Counted from the first letter of the stretch, positions 51,631-62,035 are shown. The stretch: 64,000 nt of DNA from Candidatus Micrarchaeota archaeon (GCA_028867025.1 JAGWHC010000001.1:574595-638594), one strand, 5' to 3'. Numbers and translations are program-made. Notes: a model not told the origin generated them from the sequence alone.

Positions 51631-52653
51631 CTACCAGATTTGGTCAACAGCTTCAAGCCTGAGTCTCTCCGCGCCCTCGATCTTCGTCTTGAGCCCGAAC
51701 TTGGCCTTCACTCCAGTGACTATGGACATCACCCTTATCTGGTCCCTTAGCTCCGGTATCAGCCTGGCTCCGAAGATCACGTTCGCGTCCGGCGCAAGCC
51801 CTTCTGTGACTCCCGCTCCTATCCTCGTGGCCTCCTCTATCGTGAGGTCCGCTCCTCCTGAGACGTGGACCATGGCGCCCTTCGCGCCTTCGTAGTCTAC
51901 GCTTAGTAGAGGATGAGTGCGTGTTGATCTGACCACCTGTTCTGCGCGGTCAGTTCCCGTTCCAGTGCCAATGCTGATTACAGCTGTGCCTGTGTCGTGC
52001 ACTACCGTCCTGAGGTCTGCGAAGTCAAGATTGATCAGGCTGGGCAGCATTATCGTGTCAGCTATGCCCTTGACTGCGTTGCCAGTGATGTTGTCCGAAA
52101 GCTCGAACGCCTTCTCCATCGGCAGGTTCGGCACGTAGTCGAGAAGCTTCTGGTTCTCCACCACTATGACGGCGTCAGCCTCCTTGCTCAGCTGCTGTAC
52201 GCCCCACTCGGCCTTCAGCTTCCTGCTCCTCTCGAGCTCGAACGGGAAGGTGACTGTAGCTATGACAGTTGCGCCCATCTCCTTCGCGACCCTCGCGACA
52301 GTTGGTGCGGCTCCAGTGCCGGTTCCTCCTCCCATTCCCGCTGCAACGAACACAAGGTTGTAGCCCTCGAGCACCTTCTCGAGGTCGCCCTTGCTCATGT
52401 CTGCGCACTTCGCGGCCACTTCAGGGAACCCGCCGGCCCCTAGGCCCTGGGTTATCTCCCTGCCTATCAGCACCTTCTTGTGCGCCTTTATCACGTTCAG
52501 GTGCGCAAGGTCGGTGTTGATCGCTATCGTTGCGGCGCTCTTTATGCCGTTGACGAACAGCCTGTTCACCAGGTTGCTTCCCTGTCCTCCGACGCCCGCA
52601 ATCGCAACGCGGGGCGTGAAGGAGTCATAGTCGAACTCGTCTCCCATTCCCAT
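51631..52653 (-). CDS. ftsZ: Cell division GTPase FtsZ (paralog 2)
   Basis: GVGGQGSN and AGMGGGTGTGAAP tubulin signature. The ORF opens at 52713 inside the upstream gene; Met at 52653 (MGMGDEFDY) is preferred. Confidence 0.9.
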   Translation of the reverse strand: MGMGDEFDYDSFTPRVAIAGVGGQGSNLVNRLFVNGIKSAATIAINTDLAHLNVIKAHKKVLIGREITQGLGAGGFPEVAAKCADMSKGDLEKVLEGYNLVFVAAGMGGGTGTGAAPTVARVAKEMGATVIATVTFPFELERSRKLKAEWGVQQLSKEADAVIVVENQKLLDYVPNLPMEKAFELSDNITGNAVKGIADTIMLPSLINLDFADLRTVVHDTGTAVISIGTGTGTDRAEQVVRSTRTHPLLSVDYEGAKGAMVHVSGGADLTIEEATRIGAGVTEGLAPDANVIFGARLIPELRDQIRVMSIVTGVKAKFGLKTKIEGAERLRLEAVDQIW

Positions 52654-52657
52654 CGCC

Positions 52658-53716
52658 CTATATCGAGTCAATGCCCGCGTAGTTTGTCTCTTTCTTCTCC
52701 GCGAACTTGCCAAGTATGCTCTCGCCCTTGACTCCGGTCACTATCGCGACGATCTCGAGCTGGCCCTCGTAGCCGGGCACTATCCTGGCGCCCCACTTCA
52801 CAGTGGCCTTGGGGTCCATGCGCTCCGTGATTATCTCTCCGGCCTTTATCGCGTCGCCCAGCGTTAGGTCGCTCGCGCCCGATATGTGTATCAGCGCGCC
52901 CTTCGCGTTCTCGAAGTCAACGTCAAGCAGCTTGTTCTTCAGCACGGACTCGCTGGCGCTGGTCACCTTGTCGGTGCCCTTGCCCGTGCCCACGGATATG
53001 AAGCCCACGTCTCCGCTTCCCATTATCGCGCGCACGTCCGCGAAGTCTATGTTGATCAGGCTCGGCTGTGTGATCGTCCACACCAGTCCGCCGATCGCCT
53101 TTGCAAGCACGTCATCAGCAACAGCGAACGCCTCATTCATAGGCAGGTTAGGCACAAGCCTGACCAGCCTGTTGTTGTCCACTATGACTACGCTGTCGCA
53201 GTACTTCCTGAGCTGCTGGATGCCCTCCTCGGCCTTAACCTTCCTCACTCGCTCGAGGTCGAACGGATACGTGACCATCGCCACTACTATCGCTCCGGCC
53301 TCCTTTGCTATCTGCGCTATCACTGGCGCAGCGCCAGTGCCGGTTCCTCCTCCCATTCCTGCGCACAGGAAGACCAGCTGCGAGTTTGCAAGCACTTCCT
53401 CAAGCACCTGCCTGTCCACTTCTGCGGCCTTCAGCCCAATCGACGGGTCTCCACCCGCTCCCAGTCCTTTCGTTATTGTTTTTCCAATAAGCACTTTCTT
53501 GATTCGGTCGTCAACTATCTTGAAGTGTGTTACGTCAGTGTTGACCGCAACCAACTCCGTTCCCTTGACACCTACCTTCAAGAGCCTGTTGACAGTGTTG
53601 TTTCCAGCCCCGCCAACTCCGATAGTTACTATCTTTATCTGTGGTGTAGAAGCACCATTGCCTCCGGTACCCAAGAACTCTGTTCCAAAGTCGCCCATCT
53701 GATCGCCAATTAACAT
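52658..53716 (-). CDS. ftsZ: Cell division GTPase FtsZ (paralog 1)
   Basis: GVGGAGNNTVNRL and AGMGGGTGTGAAPVIAQIAKE. 352 aa. Confidence 0.9.
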   Translation of the reverse strand: MLIGDQMGDFGTEFLGTGGNGASTPQIKIVTIGVGGAGNNTVNRLLKVGVKGTELVAVNTDVTHFKIVDDRIKKVLIGKTITKGLGAGGDPSIGLKAAEVDRQVLEEVLANSQLVFLCAGMGGGTGTGAAPVIAQIAKEAGAIVVAMVTYPFDLERVRKVKAEEGIQQLRKYCDSVVIVDNNRLVRLVPNLPMNEAFAVADDVLAKAIGGLVWTITQPSLINIDFADVRAIMGSGDVGFISVGTGKGTDKVTSASESVLKNKLLDVDFENAKGALIHISGASDLTLGDAIKAGEIITERMDPKATVKWGARIVPGYEGQLEIVAIVTGVKGESILGKFAEKKETNYAGIDSI

Positions 53717-53896
53717 CTTGCAATTAAGTTTAAATATCTTGTGTAAATCGTGTAGGTAGAGTAAGGGTAGAACTTTCCCTATATTATATGTTATCTATAA
53801 GGCGGGTCTTTTATTCCAGTATCCGCGCGTGTATGCCCATCGCATGCGATTTTTACTATTTTTTGCGGAAAATTTGTTAAAATTTGCTTTGGAATT

Positions 53897-54535
53897 TCAC
53901 GCTCTCCCCGCCCTTCCCATTTCCGCAATCACTTTCCCAACTATGTGCTGCGCGATGCTTTGCTTGTCACCGCGAGCATCCAGTTCGATGAACCTGCCGT
54001 CGCCCACGTAGTCGCGCAGCGCCTTCTTAAGCTCGGAATCATCATGGAATATCTGCCTTTTATGCATCGCGTCCCTGTGATCGTCCCTATGCTCGAACCT
54101 GCTCAGGAGGACACCGTCGTCTGCAGAGAGATAGACTATAATGTTTGCGTTGAAAAGCCTTGCCACGGGCCTCACGAGCTTGTAGGCACTGTGATGCGAG
54201 TCCTTGTCAGCTGATTCGACGCTGTATCCGTACGTGTATGGGGTGCTCTCCATCACAAGCACGTCGACATTCTTCCTGATGTTGGAAAGATAAGATGCGG
54301 ATATCGCGAAGAAGGACAGCGCATCTGATATCGCGAGTTCAAGCGAGCTCTTTCCAGACCTCTGCCTGGTAAGTTCCGCAGCATCCACTATGCCGCGGAG
54401 CAGGGCATTAGCGCGTGAATACTCCTTTATGTTAACTGCGTTCACACCCCTGTCTCTGAGTTCCTGCGCCACCAGGCTCGCCTGAGTCGTCTTTCCCGCG
54501 CAAGGTTTGCCGTCTATTACGACAGTGAATGACAT
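53897..54535 (-). CDS. P-loop nucleotide kinase (thymidylate kinase-like)
   Basis: VVIDGKPCAGKTTQASLVAQEL P-loop. 212 aa. Substrate not determinable. Confidence 0.45.
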   Translation of the reverse strand: MSFTVVIDGKPCAGKTTQASLVAQELRDRGVNAVNIKEYSRANALLRGIVDAAELTRQRSGKSSLELAISDALSFFAISASYLSNIRKNVDVLVMESTPYTYGYSVESADKDSHHSAYKLVRPVARLFNANIIVYLSADDGVLLSRFEHRDDHRDAMHKRQIFHDDSELKKALRDYVGDGRFIELDARGDKQSIAQHIVGKVIAEMGRAGRA

Positions 54536-54566
54536 TCCCCGATCATCTTCGTATGCTTTGGGCGCG

Positions 54567-55178
54567 TCACGTCCCCGCAGCCGCCCTGACTGCCTTGTCC
54601 ATCGATTTCGCGTCCGCGACGCTCGCTATGCGAAGCGAACCCATCAAGTATGAGGAAACTGAATTGTGGGCGCCGCTGAAAAGCACTGACTTTCTGCGCA
54701 GCCCTTTGACCACGGCCTGCGCTGTCTCCAGCATGCTGTCGTTTACAGAGACCACGCGCTTGTCCGGGTTGCCGGCAACCACGGCCCTGACGAAATCCGC
54801 CTTCTTGCTTGGATTGCAGTGAAACGCAGTGACTTCTACGCTATTCTCCGACATTATGCCTCTTATCTCATTCGCGTGACCGTTTGACGTGAGCATTATT
54901 ATCTCGGCCCCCTCCTCCCTGTGCGCCCTAAGCATCTCGATCATGTAAGGATTCAGGCTTGCTTTTCCGGTTCTTGCAATGCCCATTACCTCCTTCTTTC
55001 CGGTGCCCGTGAGTTCTCCGAATACGAAGAGCGTGTTGGCCGCGACCTTTCTCAGTTTTTCGTGCTTTCTCACGAACTCAGGCAGATACCTGTTTATAGT
55101 AGGCTCGACGGTATTCGCCACGCTGCCGTCGAAATCGTGTATCTCTATCACGCCCCTGAGCCTGTTGCCCTGCGCCAT
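54567..55178 (-). CDS. HAD-superfamily hydrolase
   Basis: Motif I IHDFDGSV. 203 aa. Confidence 0.5.
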   Translation of the reverse strand: MAQGNRLRGVIEIHDFDGSVANTVEPTINRYLPEFVRKHEKLRKVAANTLFVFGELTGTGKKEVMGIARTGKASLNPYMIEMLRAHREEGAEIIMLTSNGHANEIRGIMSENSVEVTAFHCNPSKKADFVRAVVAGNPDKRVVSVNDSMLETAQAVVKGLRRKSVLFSGAHNSVSSYLMGSLRIASVADAKSMDKAVRAAAGT

Positions 55179-55250
55179 GGCTTTCCTTCTTTTCCTGCAT
55201 TTTTAATGCTTCGTTCCCTATTCGTTTGAAGTCTAATTCCGCGTGAAGAG

Positions 55251-57029
55251 TCAGGCTTCTTCCCCCACCTTTGTCTTGCGCTGCTGCTTGAACATCTCGA
55301 GTATCTCCTTCGTTGTCGTCGCCTCCTCAGGGCTCTTGTCCTCGCGTATGCCGTTGCTCACGATTCTTGGGAAACGGAGCGCGTACCCTATCTCCTCCTC
55401 GCCCTCCTTGTGCCTGCCTGCCGTATGCATCGGCGATTTCGTTATCTCATCGGCCCTGACAGTGACCACGTACTTCGGCTCCACCCAGTAGTCGGGCTCG
55501 ACGAGCGAGCTCACCCTCGCAGGCTTCTTTGCAACCTTTATGTCTCCGAATAGCTTCTTGAACGTGCGCATGTTCTCCTCGCTGAATCCGGTGCCAATCC
55601 TAGTTATCGTCTCGAACATATCCGTCTTGTCATTGTATACCGCCGCAAGCATTCCCCCGAACCCGAATTCGGTGCGTATGCCCTTGCCCACATAGTAGCC
55701 AACAACAACGAGGTCAACTGTGTCTGAGAGTTCGCCCTTGTAGCTCCTCTTCATCTTTATCCAGCTGAACTTCCTGGCGCCGGCAATGTACGGTGCGTCG
55801 AGGTCCTTTGCGACTATCCCCTCAAGCCCATCAGAGATCATTTCCTCAAAGTATTTCTCTATCTCCCTCGGTTTTGTAGCAATTATCCTGCCGGAGAGCC
55901 TGAACATCCCATTTCCCTTAACGATCTTCTCCAGCCTGGCCCGCCTGTCGCTGTATTTCTTATTAAGGTAGCTTTCGCCGTCGAGAGACAGAAGGTCGAA
56001 GGAAAACACGCGCAGCGGCAGTTCCAGGCTCTTCTCCTCTATCCCGTGCTTTCTCTTCCTCTGCATCGTCTCTTGGAAGGCGTGGAACTGGTCTGTTGTC
56101 TCGTCGTAGGCGATGGCCTCGCCCTCGAGTATGACCTTCTCTGCATTCACTTCTTTCAGCGCCGCGCTTGTTATGTCAGGGAACATCTCTGTCATGCGCT
56201 CCAGCCTGCGCGAGAAGATTTCCACCCTCCTGTTTTTCTTATCCATGTGCACCTGTACTCGCAAGCCATCGTACTTGCTCTCTACCGCGCACTTGCCGTG
56301 CATCCTCTCCAGTATCTCCTCCGCTGTAGGCAGCCTCTCTGCGAGCGCGGGTCTTATCGGATTGAATAATGTGACCTTGAAGTCCTCTATTCCTCTCTTC
56401 CCTTCCTTCATCAGCGTCTCGCCCACGAGTCCGAGGTCACTGCATATGTTGAAAGCTTCCTCGAGCTTGGGCTTGAACTCCCTGTTTCCCGTGGCCGCTT
56501 TCGAAAGCGCCTCGAGTATTGTGGCGTCTCCGGCCCCGAGCCTCAGTTGTCCCAGCGCGAACCTCACGATGTACCTTGCCTCGAGAGGAGTGCTCGCGGC
56601 CAGAAGATTTGCGAGCATCTTTATCTTCGCATCCTTGCTTCCTGCGCCGTTTGTCTTCGCGATCTTCAGCATCGTTTCGAAGACTTCGTTTATCTCGAAC
56701 TTCTCCCTGCTCATGCGCCTAAGCTTGCTGGCAGAGATGAACTGCTCTGCGCTGAGTCCCAGGTCTCCAGTTTTCTTGAAGCTCGCCTCCACCTTCTGCT
56801 TCTCTGCTCCTGTAGCTGTCGCGATTGCCTCCTCCGCGAGTTTCTCAGCAATGCCAAGGTCGACCCCCTGGAACGGCGGGGCCGGCGAGCCCACGGTCAT
56901 GTATATTATGTCCTTTATCTCGTTCTTCTTCGCCTTCGAGAACATCTCTGTGAGTATGTCAATCATTCCCAGCCTTGAGCTAGTCCCCTCTAGCTTGCTG
57001 TAGTAATTGGCTACCTCCTCAAACAGCAT
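55251..57029 (-). CDS. lig: ATP-dependent DNA ligase
   Basis: Adenylation motif AVESKYDGLRVQVH, plus EGIVAK and the conserved C-terminal OB region. 592 aa. Confidence 0.9.
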   Translation of the reverse strand: MLFEEVANYYSKLEGTSSRLGMIDILTEMFSKAKKNEIKDIIYMTVGSPAPPFQGVDLGIAEKLAEEAIATATGAEKQKVEASFKKTGDLGLSAEQFISASKLRRMSREKFEINEVFETMLKIAKTNGAGSKDAKIKMLANLLAASTPLEARYIVRFALGQLRLGAGDATILEALSKAATGNREFKPKLEEAFNICSDLGLVGETLMKEGKRGIEDFKVTLFNPIRPALAERLPTAEEILERMHGKCAVESKYDGLRVQVHMDKKNRRVEIFSRRLERMTEMFPDITSAALKEVNAEKVILEGEAIAYDETTDQFHAFQETMQRKRKHGIEEKSLELPLRVFSFDLLSLDGESYLNKKYSDRRARLEKIVKGNGMFRLSGRIIATKPREIEKYFEEMISDGLEGIVAKDLDAPYIAGARKFSWIKMKRSYKGELSDTVDLVVVGYYVGKGIRTEFGFGGMLAAVYNDKTDMFETITRIGTGFSEENMRTFKKLFGDIKVAKKPARVSSLVEPDYWVEPKYVVTVRADEITKSPMHTAGRHKEGEEEIGYALRFPRIVSNGIREDKSPEEATTTKEILEMFKQQRKTKVGEEA

Positions 57030-57159
57030 CCAATCAATTAGAAAACCCTCTCAAAGCTTTTATCCCTGCTGGCTATTGAAAAAAATTCGCTAGGCACAGG
57101 TAGAAGCCGCGCTCTCCCAAAGCATTTAAAATGTTGAACCCCCAAAAGCTCTTGACCGA

Positions 57160-57846
57160 ATGACCTTCGTTGATATAATTGCGCTACAGCTCTTTACCCT
57201 TGCATTCATCGCGATCCTTCTTTTCTATGCAGGGATAAGCGCCTACTGGGCTTACCTCAAGCGCGGATTCCGCGAGGCATACAGGCAAATGCGGGCTTCG
57301 GCTGTTGTGCTCGCTATGCTGGGCGTTGCGGTGCTTGTCATCGGCTTTTGGGGAGACCTCACGTGGCCCATATCAACGATAGTGAACGGCGCCAACGTTC
57401 TTGGCGCATACGACATCCTGTTCTACGATCCATATCTTATGCTTGGCGTGGTTCTGCTGGGCTTCTCTACCAGCGTCCTTCTTCGCCTCAACACCAGGTA
57501 CGCGGGGCTGCTCGCCCTGATGATAGGCGCGCTTAGCATCTATTACGGAGTCAACGCTTATGGTCTTGGGCTTACCAAAGAGCCAATGGTGATGCTGCTG
57601 CTTTACGTGGCTTTCGGGATCACTGGAATCTTCTCCTTCCCGTTCACGCTGCTGATAGACAGAATAATAATGGAGCCGCTGCAGGGCGGAACCGCAAGCA
57701 AGCTTACCCAGAAGCTTGTAACTCTGCCGTGGAAGTTTGCCCTGGCCAGCTTCGTGATATTCCTCCTTTTCTCTGCGATTTCCGCCATATTGGCTATTGC
57801 CATTGGGGGAGGCGCGCTGGCGCCGCACCTGGCCAACCCGCCATAG
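57160..57846 (+). CDS. Integral membrane protein, unknown function
   Basis: 228 aa, about 7 TM helices. Confidence 0.5.
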   Translation: MTFVDIIALQLFTLAFIAILLFYAGISAYWAYLKRGFREAYRQMRASAVVLAMLGVAVLVIGFWGDLTWPISTIVNGANVLGAYDILFYDPYLMLGVVLLGFSTSVLLRLNTRYAGLLALMIGALSIYYGVNAYGLGLTKEPMVMLLLYVAFGITGIFSFPFTLLIDRIIMEPLQGGTASKLTQKLVTLPWKFALASFVIFLLFSAISAILAIAIGGGALAPHLANPP

Positions 57847-57875
57847 GCATGGCCCTGACACTCTGAGTTAGAAGA

Positions 57876-58523
57876 CTAACGGCGTTTCAGCATGCTAAAG
57901 TCGAAGAAGCCCAGCCAAAGCATCACCAAGCCCGCGAACTCAGTGTAGTATATGGAGGCGGGAAAGGAGGCGACATACAGTATGCCCCCGAATGCGAATG
58001 TGAGCATGCCGAGTATTATCCATATTACTTTCTTTCTCTTTGTCCTCATGTAGCTTAGCGCGGCTATGGCTACTATTATGATCAGAGCCGGGAAGGTTAT
58101 GAACGAAGAGAGGATTATGACATTCACCGGCGCGTTCCCGTTCACCACCGAGTCCGTGACAAAATTGCTCACCTGGCTTGTGAAGGTCACATAGGCAAGT
58201 GCGGCCGCTGCCACCAAAGAGTAGCCCAGATACGCGTTCTTCGCCAGCCGAGACTTGATAAGTTCTAGTGATCCCATCGCGAGAGGTATGACAAGCAGGG
58301 CGGTGACGAAGAGGTAGAACTGCGCCATAGCCTGGCTGTACACTCCAAAAGCGAACAGCACCTCGAGTAGGTCCGAAAGCGCGAATATCCACATGCCCGC
58401 GCTCCAGTAGAGGTAGTTCCTTTTCCTCTCAGCCAAGTAGTTCCTGGTCAGATAAAATGCCAGGACCGAGCTCAGTACAAGAAACACTATGGTAGATGCC
58501 TCTACCGACACGTCCGCTGCCAC
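57876..58523 (-). CDS. Integral membrane protein, unknown function
   Basis: 215 aa, about 7 TM helices. Confidence 0.5.
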   Translation of the reverse strand: MAADVSVEASTIVFLVLSSVLAFYLTRNYLAERKRNYLYWSAGMWIFALSDLLEVLFAFGVYSQAMAQFYLFVTALLVIPLAMGSLELIKSRLAKNAYLGYSLVAAAALAYVTFTSQVSNFVTDSVVNGNAPVNVIILSSFITFPALIIIVAIAALSYMRTKRKKVIWIILGMLTFAFGGILYVASFPASIYYTEFAGLVMLWLGFFDFSMLKRR

Positions 58524-58589
58524 GCAATCATTTAGCTCATAAGGCTAAAACTTATACGCTTTTCTTTCAGTGTAAGTATAGGAGAGCCG

Positions 58590-60053
58590 ATGGCGACCAT
58601 ACGCGAGGTTTCGGCAGCTTCGCATACCCATACGTATCACATATCGCTCAAGGAGGCGACTTGGGCCACCGCGCTCATTATACTCGTAATGACGCTGCTC
58701 TTCCCGATACTCCAGTTTCCGCCCAAGTTCGGCACAGCGTCTTCAGACAACTACTTCCATTCGATCGGCCTGAGCATGGTCGCGCTCGTCACATGCCTCA
58801 CTCTACTCTTCTTCGACATTCCCAGGCACGAGCCCGTGATAGACTTCCCGCTGCATTACCGCGCTCTGCTCACGTCGATCCTTGCCGCTCTCTCAGGAAT
58901 CTTCTATCTTACCCCCGCGCTCAGTTCCATACCCCAGATACCCACGATTCTTTTCGTGCTCGCTGTGCTTTTCACGATAGACATCACCGGGGCTCTCTTC
59001 ATCGAGCTGCTCTTCCTTCCGCGCAAGCTTGCAGGATCGTACGCCACTGAGCGCGTGTCGCATCTCCGCTTCCCCTATAGGTATCTCAAGATGTTCGCGT
59101 ACAGCAAAGACGATTTCAGGTCGTACTCGAAAACGAATGCGGCATATTGGCTAGTGCTCGCCGGCGACGGCTGCCTGTTCGTCGGCGAGATAATGGGCCT
59201 GGTCCTGCTTTGGCTGACCATCTTCGGAACCAGCTTCCTCGGCTTCTACGTGGGCTCGCTCGGCGGTTTGCAGAGCACGCTTGGCAGCATACTCGATCCG
59301 CACTCCCACGGGGTTGCGGTCTCGCTCATGGCCATGGTGATAGGCCTCGCTGTGCAGCGCTTCGGAGTCCTTGAAAGGAAGGGCTGGAAGATGCAGCTTA
59401 CTCGCATTGGAATATGGATCTCCATCCTGAGCATTATTGCGTTGACGCTTGTATATGTCGCCGGAGCTGCGGTCAATTACTCTCCTCCGACGCTTTTCTC
59501 AAGCGGACCGAACGGAATAAACGGCATGGCCGGAGACGATGCGCTGATAACGCTGGTGTTCATCGGCGGGCTGCTCGCGCTGTTGCCCATGGCACTGACG
59601 CAGTTCCATGGTAAGAGGTCGTGGCACGACACGATACGCTGCGCGCTGCTGTTCACGCTTTTCATGTGGGTGTTCGCGAACTCGCTGGCTGGCTTCCTCA
59701 TAGAGTTCAACGAGACCTCGTTCCAGAACGCGCTTCTTTCCAACGATGAAGCGTTTGCACAGTTTCAGCCAATGTTCGGCATATTCTTCCTTACAATAGC
59801 GGCGATGGTGCTGCTCGCTGCAGATTACTATGGCACAGGCAGCACTGAGAGGAGGAACATCGGCGTCTCCGCTGGAGTTGGAGTGCTCATTGCCGCTGCC
59901 GGAGGCCTGGCCTGGGTATTCATAGACCCGTCAACGAGCGGCTACTACTTCTGGGCGTACATATTCGGCATACTGCTCGTGTGTGCCTCGATCCTCCTGT
60001 CGGTTGTGGCGATCTACAGGGCAAAGACGACAGGCATCAAGGTAATGAAGTAA
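58590..60053 (+). CDS. Large polytopic membrane protein, unknown function
   Basis: 487 aa with at least 12 hydrophobic helices. Conserved-looking DPHSHG loop. Confidence 0.5.
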   Translation: MATIREVSAASHTHTYHISLKEATWATALIILVMTLLFPILQFPPKFGTASSDNYFHSIGLSMVALVTCLTLLFFDIPRHEPVIDFPLHYRALLTSILAALSGIFYLTPALSSIPQIPTILFVLAVLFTIDITGALFIELLFLPRKLAGSYATERVSHLRFPYRYLKMFAYSKDDFRSYSKTNAAYWLVLAGDGCLFVGEIMGLVLLWLTIFGTSFLGFYVGSLGGLQSTLGSILDPHSHGVAVSLMAMVIGLAVQRFGVLERKGWKMQLTRIGIWISILSIIALTLVYVAGAAVNYSPPTLFSSGPNGINGMAGDDALITLVFIGGLLALLPMALTQFHGKRSWHDTIRCALLFTLFMWVFANSLAGFLIEFNETSFQNALLSNDEAFAQFQPMFGIFFLTIAAMVLLAADYYGTGSTERRNIGVSAGVGVLIAAAGGLAWVFIDPSTSGYYFWAYIFGILLVCASILLSVVAIYRAKTTGIKVMK

Positions 60054-60062
60054 CAAGTAGTT

Positions 60063-61304
60063 CTAGGCGCCTATCTTCAGAACTTCCCTGACCTTGCCCA
60101 GCGCCGCGACCGCTGTGTCAATCTCCGCCTGCGTATTGTAAATGTAGAAGCTCATCCTTGGCACCGCGGGCTCCCCAAGCACCTTCGTCACCAGCGGCAT
60201 CGCGCAGTGATGGCCAGACCTTATCGCCACGCCCTCGCTGTCTAGCACCTGGGCTATGTCGTGCGCGTGAGCGCCCTTCATGGAAAACGATATCACGCCA
60301 GCCCTCCTTTCGATGTCTTCTATTCCCGGGCCGTAGGTCGTGACCCCCGCCTGTCCCAGCTTCTCCAAAGCGTATCTTGTCAGCGCTTTTTCATGCTCCC
60401 TCACATTCTCCATTCCCAGCTTCTTGAGGTACTTCACCGCAGCCGCAAGTCCGATAGCGCCCTCTATGTTCTGCGTGCCCGCCTCGAACTTCCAGGGCAG
60501 CTCGTTCCATGTCGACTCCTGGAAATCTACGCTGCGTATCATGTCCCCGCCTCCGTGGAACGGCTCCATTCCTTCAAGCACCTCCTCCTGTCCGTAAAGC
60601 ACCCCTATGCCGCTTGGGCCGAGCATCTTGTGGCCCGAGAAAGCGAAAAAGTCAGCGTCTATGTCCCTAACATCTACAGGCATGTGCGGCACCGACTGCG
60701 CCGCATCAATCAGCACAGCTGCTCCCGCCTCATGAGCGAGCTTTGTCATCTCCTTCGCCATGTTTATGGTGCCGAGAACGTTCGAGACGTGGGTGAACGC
60801 CACCATCTTGGGCTTGAGCGCGAGTTTCGAGATGAAATCCTGGTGGTCGATAAACTTCCCTTCTGAAAGTTTGGCATAGTCGAGTATCGCGCCCTTCCTC
60901 TTCGCAAGCATCTGCCACGGAACTATGTTGCTGTGGTGCTCCATCTCAGTGATGAGTATGTGGTCGCCCTTTCCCACATTGACGTCGCCCCACGCCCTAG
61001 CAACAGCGTTTATGGCCTCTGTGGTGCTTCTGAAATAGATTATGCTCCTGTAGCCCTCGGTCCCGATAAACTTCGCGACGATCTCCTTGGACTTTATGTA
61101 CTGAGCCGTCGCCTCTTCGGCGAGCTTGTATATGCCCCTATGTATATTCGCGTTGTTCTTCCTGTAGTGCTTCGATACCGCGTTGATTACCTGCCTCGGT
61201 TTCTGCGACGTGGCCGCGCTGTCAAGATAGACGAGCGGCTTGCCATTTGTCACAGTGTTCAGTATGGGGAAATCCCTCCTTACCTTCTCGACGTCTAGCG
61301 GCAT
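60063..61304 (-). CDS. sufS: Cysteine desulfurase SufS (class V aminotransferase)
   Basis: FPILNTVTNGKPLVYLDSAATSQKP, SGHKMLGPSG (PLP Lys) and RSGHHCA (catalytic Cys). The ORF opens at 61379 and would overlap sufC; Met at 61304 is preferred. Confidence 0.9.
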   Translation of the reverse strand: MPLDVEKVRRDFPILNTVTNGKPLVYLDSAATSQKPRQVINAVSKHYRKNNANIHRGIYKLAEEATAQYIKSKEIVAKFIGTEGYRSIIYFRSTTEAINAVARAWGDVNVGKGDHILITEMEHHSNIVPWQMLAKRKGAILDYAKLSEGKFIDHQDFISKLALKPKMVAFTHVSNVLGTINMAKEMTKLAHEAGAAVLIDAAQSVPHMPVDVRDIDADFFAFSGHKMLGPSGIGVLYGQEEVLEGMEPFHGGGDMIRSVDFQESTWNELPWKFEAGTQNIEGAIGLAAAVKYLKKLGMENVREHEKALTRYALEKLGQAGVTTYGPGIEDIERRAGVISFSMKGAHAHDIAQVLDSEGVAIRSGHHCAMPLVTKVLGEPAVPRMSFYIYNTQAEIDTAVAALGKVREVLKIGA

Positions 61305-61308
61305 TAAA

Positions 61309-62031
61309 TCAGAACTTGTATCCTTCCTTCTCGATCCTGTCAGCGAGATCTCTTCCGCCTTCCTTAACGATTTTTCCATCCACCATCACATGTACGAACT
61401 CGGGCTTCATATAATTTAGTATTCGGCTGTAGTGGGTTATGAGCAGCAGGCCCGCCTTGCTCTTCTGCTGGTAGTCGTTCACGTTTTCTGCAACCACCCT
61501 GACAGCGTCCACATCAAGCCCCGAATCAGGCTCGTCAAGTATGGCGATCTTGGGCTTGAGCAGCTGCATCTGCAGCACCTCTATCTTCTTCTTCTCCCCA
61601 CCTGAGAAGCCGTAGTTGAGCGAGCGGCCGATTATGTCTTCCTTTACGTGTAGGTTCTTCGCCGTGCCCTTTACCTCCTCCATGAAATCCTTGAACGGCG
61701 TGTTGCCTTGGAGTGATGCTTTTGCAGTATTTAGGAAGTTCAGAAGGCCGAGGCCCTCGACCTCTATCGGGCTCTGGAAGAGCAGGAAGAGCCCGAGCTT
61801 TGCCCGCTTGTCTGTGCTCATCTTCAGTATGCTCTCTCCGTCCACTAGTATGTCGCCCTTCGTGACCTTCATCTTCGTATGCCCCAGTATTGTTCGCGAC
61901 AGCGTTGTCTTTCCAGAACCATTCGGACCCATCAATACGTGGAACTCGCCCTCGTTGATCGTGAGGCTTATCCCTTTTATGACTTCCTTGTCCTCCACTT
62001 CCACATGTAGGTCCTTTATCTCAAGCTTCAT
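61309..62031 (-). CDS. sufC: Fe-S cluster assembly ATPase SufC
   Basis: Walker A GPNGSGKTT, signature FSGGEKKK, Walker B ILDEPDSGLD. Confidence 0.9.
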   Translation of the reverse strand: MKLEIKDLHVEVEDKEVIKGISLTINEGEFHVLMGPNGSGKTTLSRTILGHTKMKVTKGDILVDGESILKMSTDKRAKLGLFLLFQSPIEVEGLGLLNFLNTAKASLQGNTPFKDFMEEVKGTAKNLHVKEDIIGRSLNYGFSGGEKKKIEVLQMQLLKPKIAILDEPDSGLDVDAVRVVAENVNDYQQKSKAGLLLITHYSRILNYMKPEFVHVMVDGKIVKEGGRDLADRIEKEGYKF

Positions 62032-62035
62032 AGAT

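Noticed and set aside
52803-53713. Plus-strand ORFs of 299 and 275 aa opposite ftsZ.
   Set aside because: They are antisense shadows of a gene with an unmistakable tubulin/FtsZ signature.
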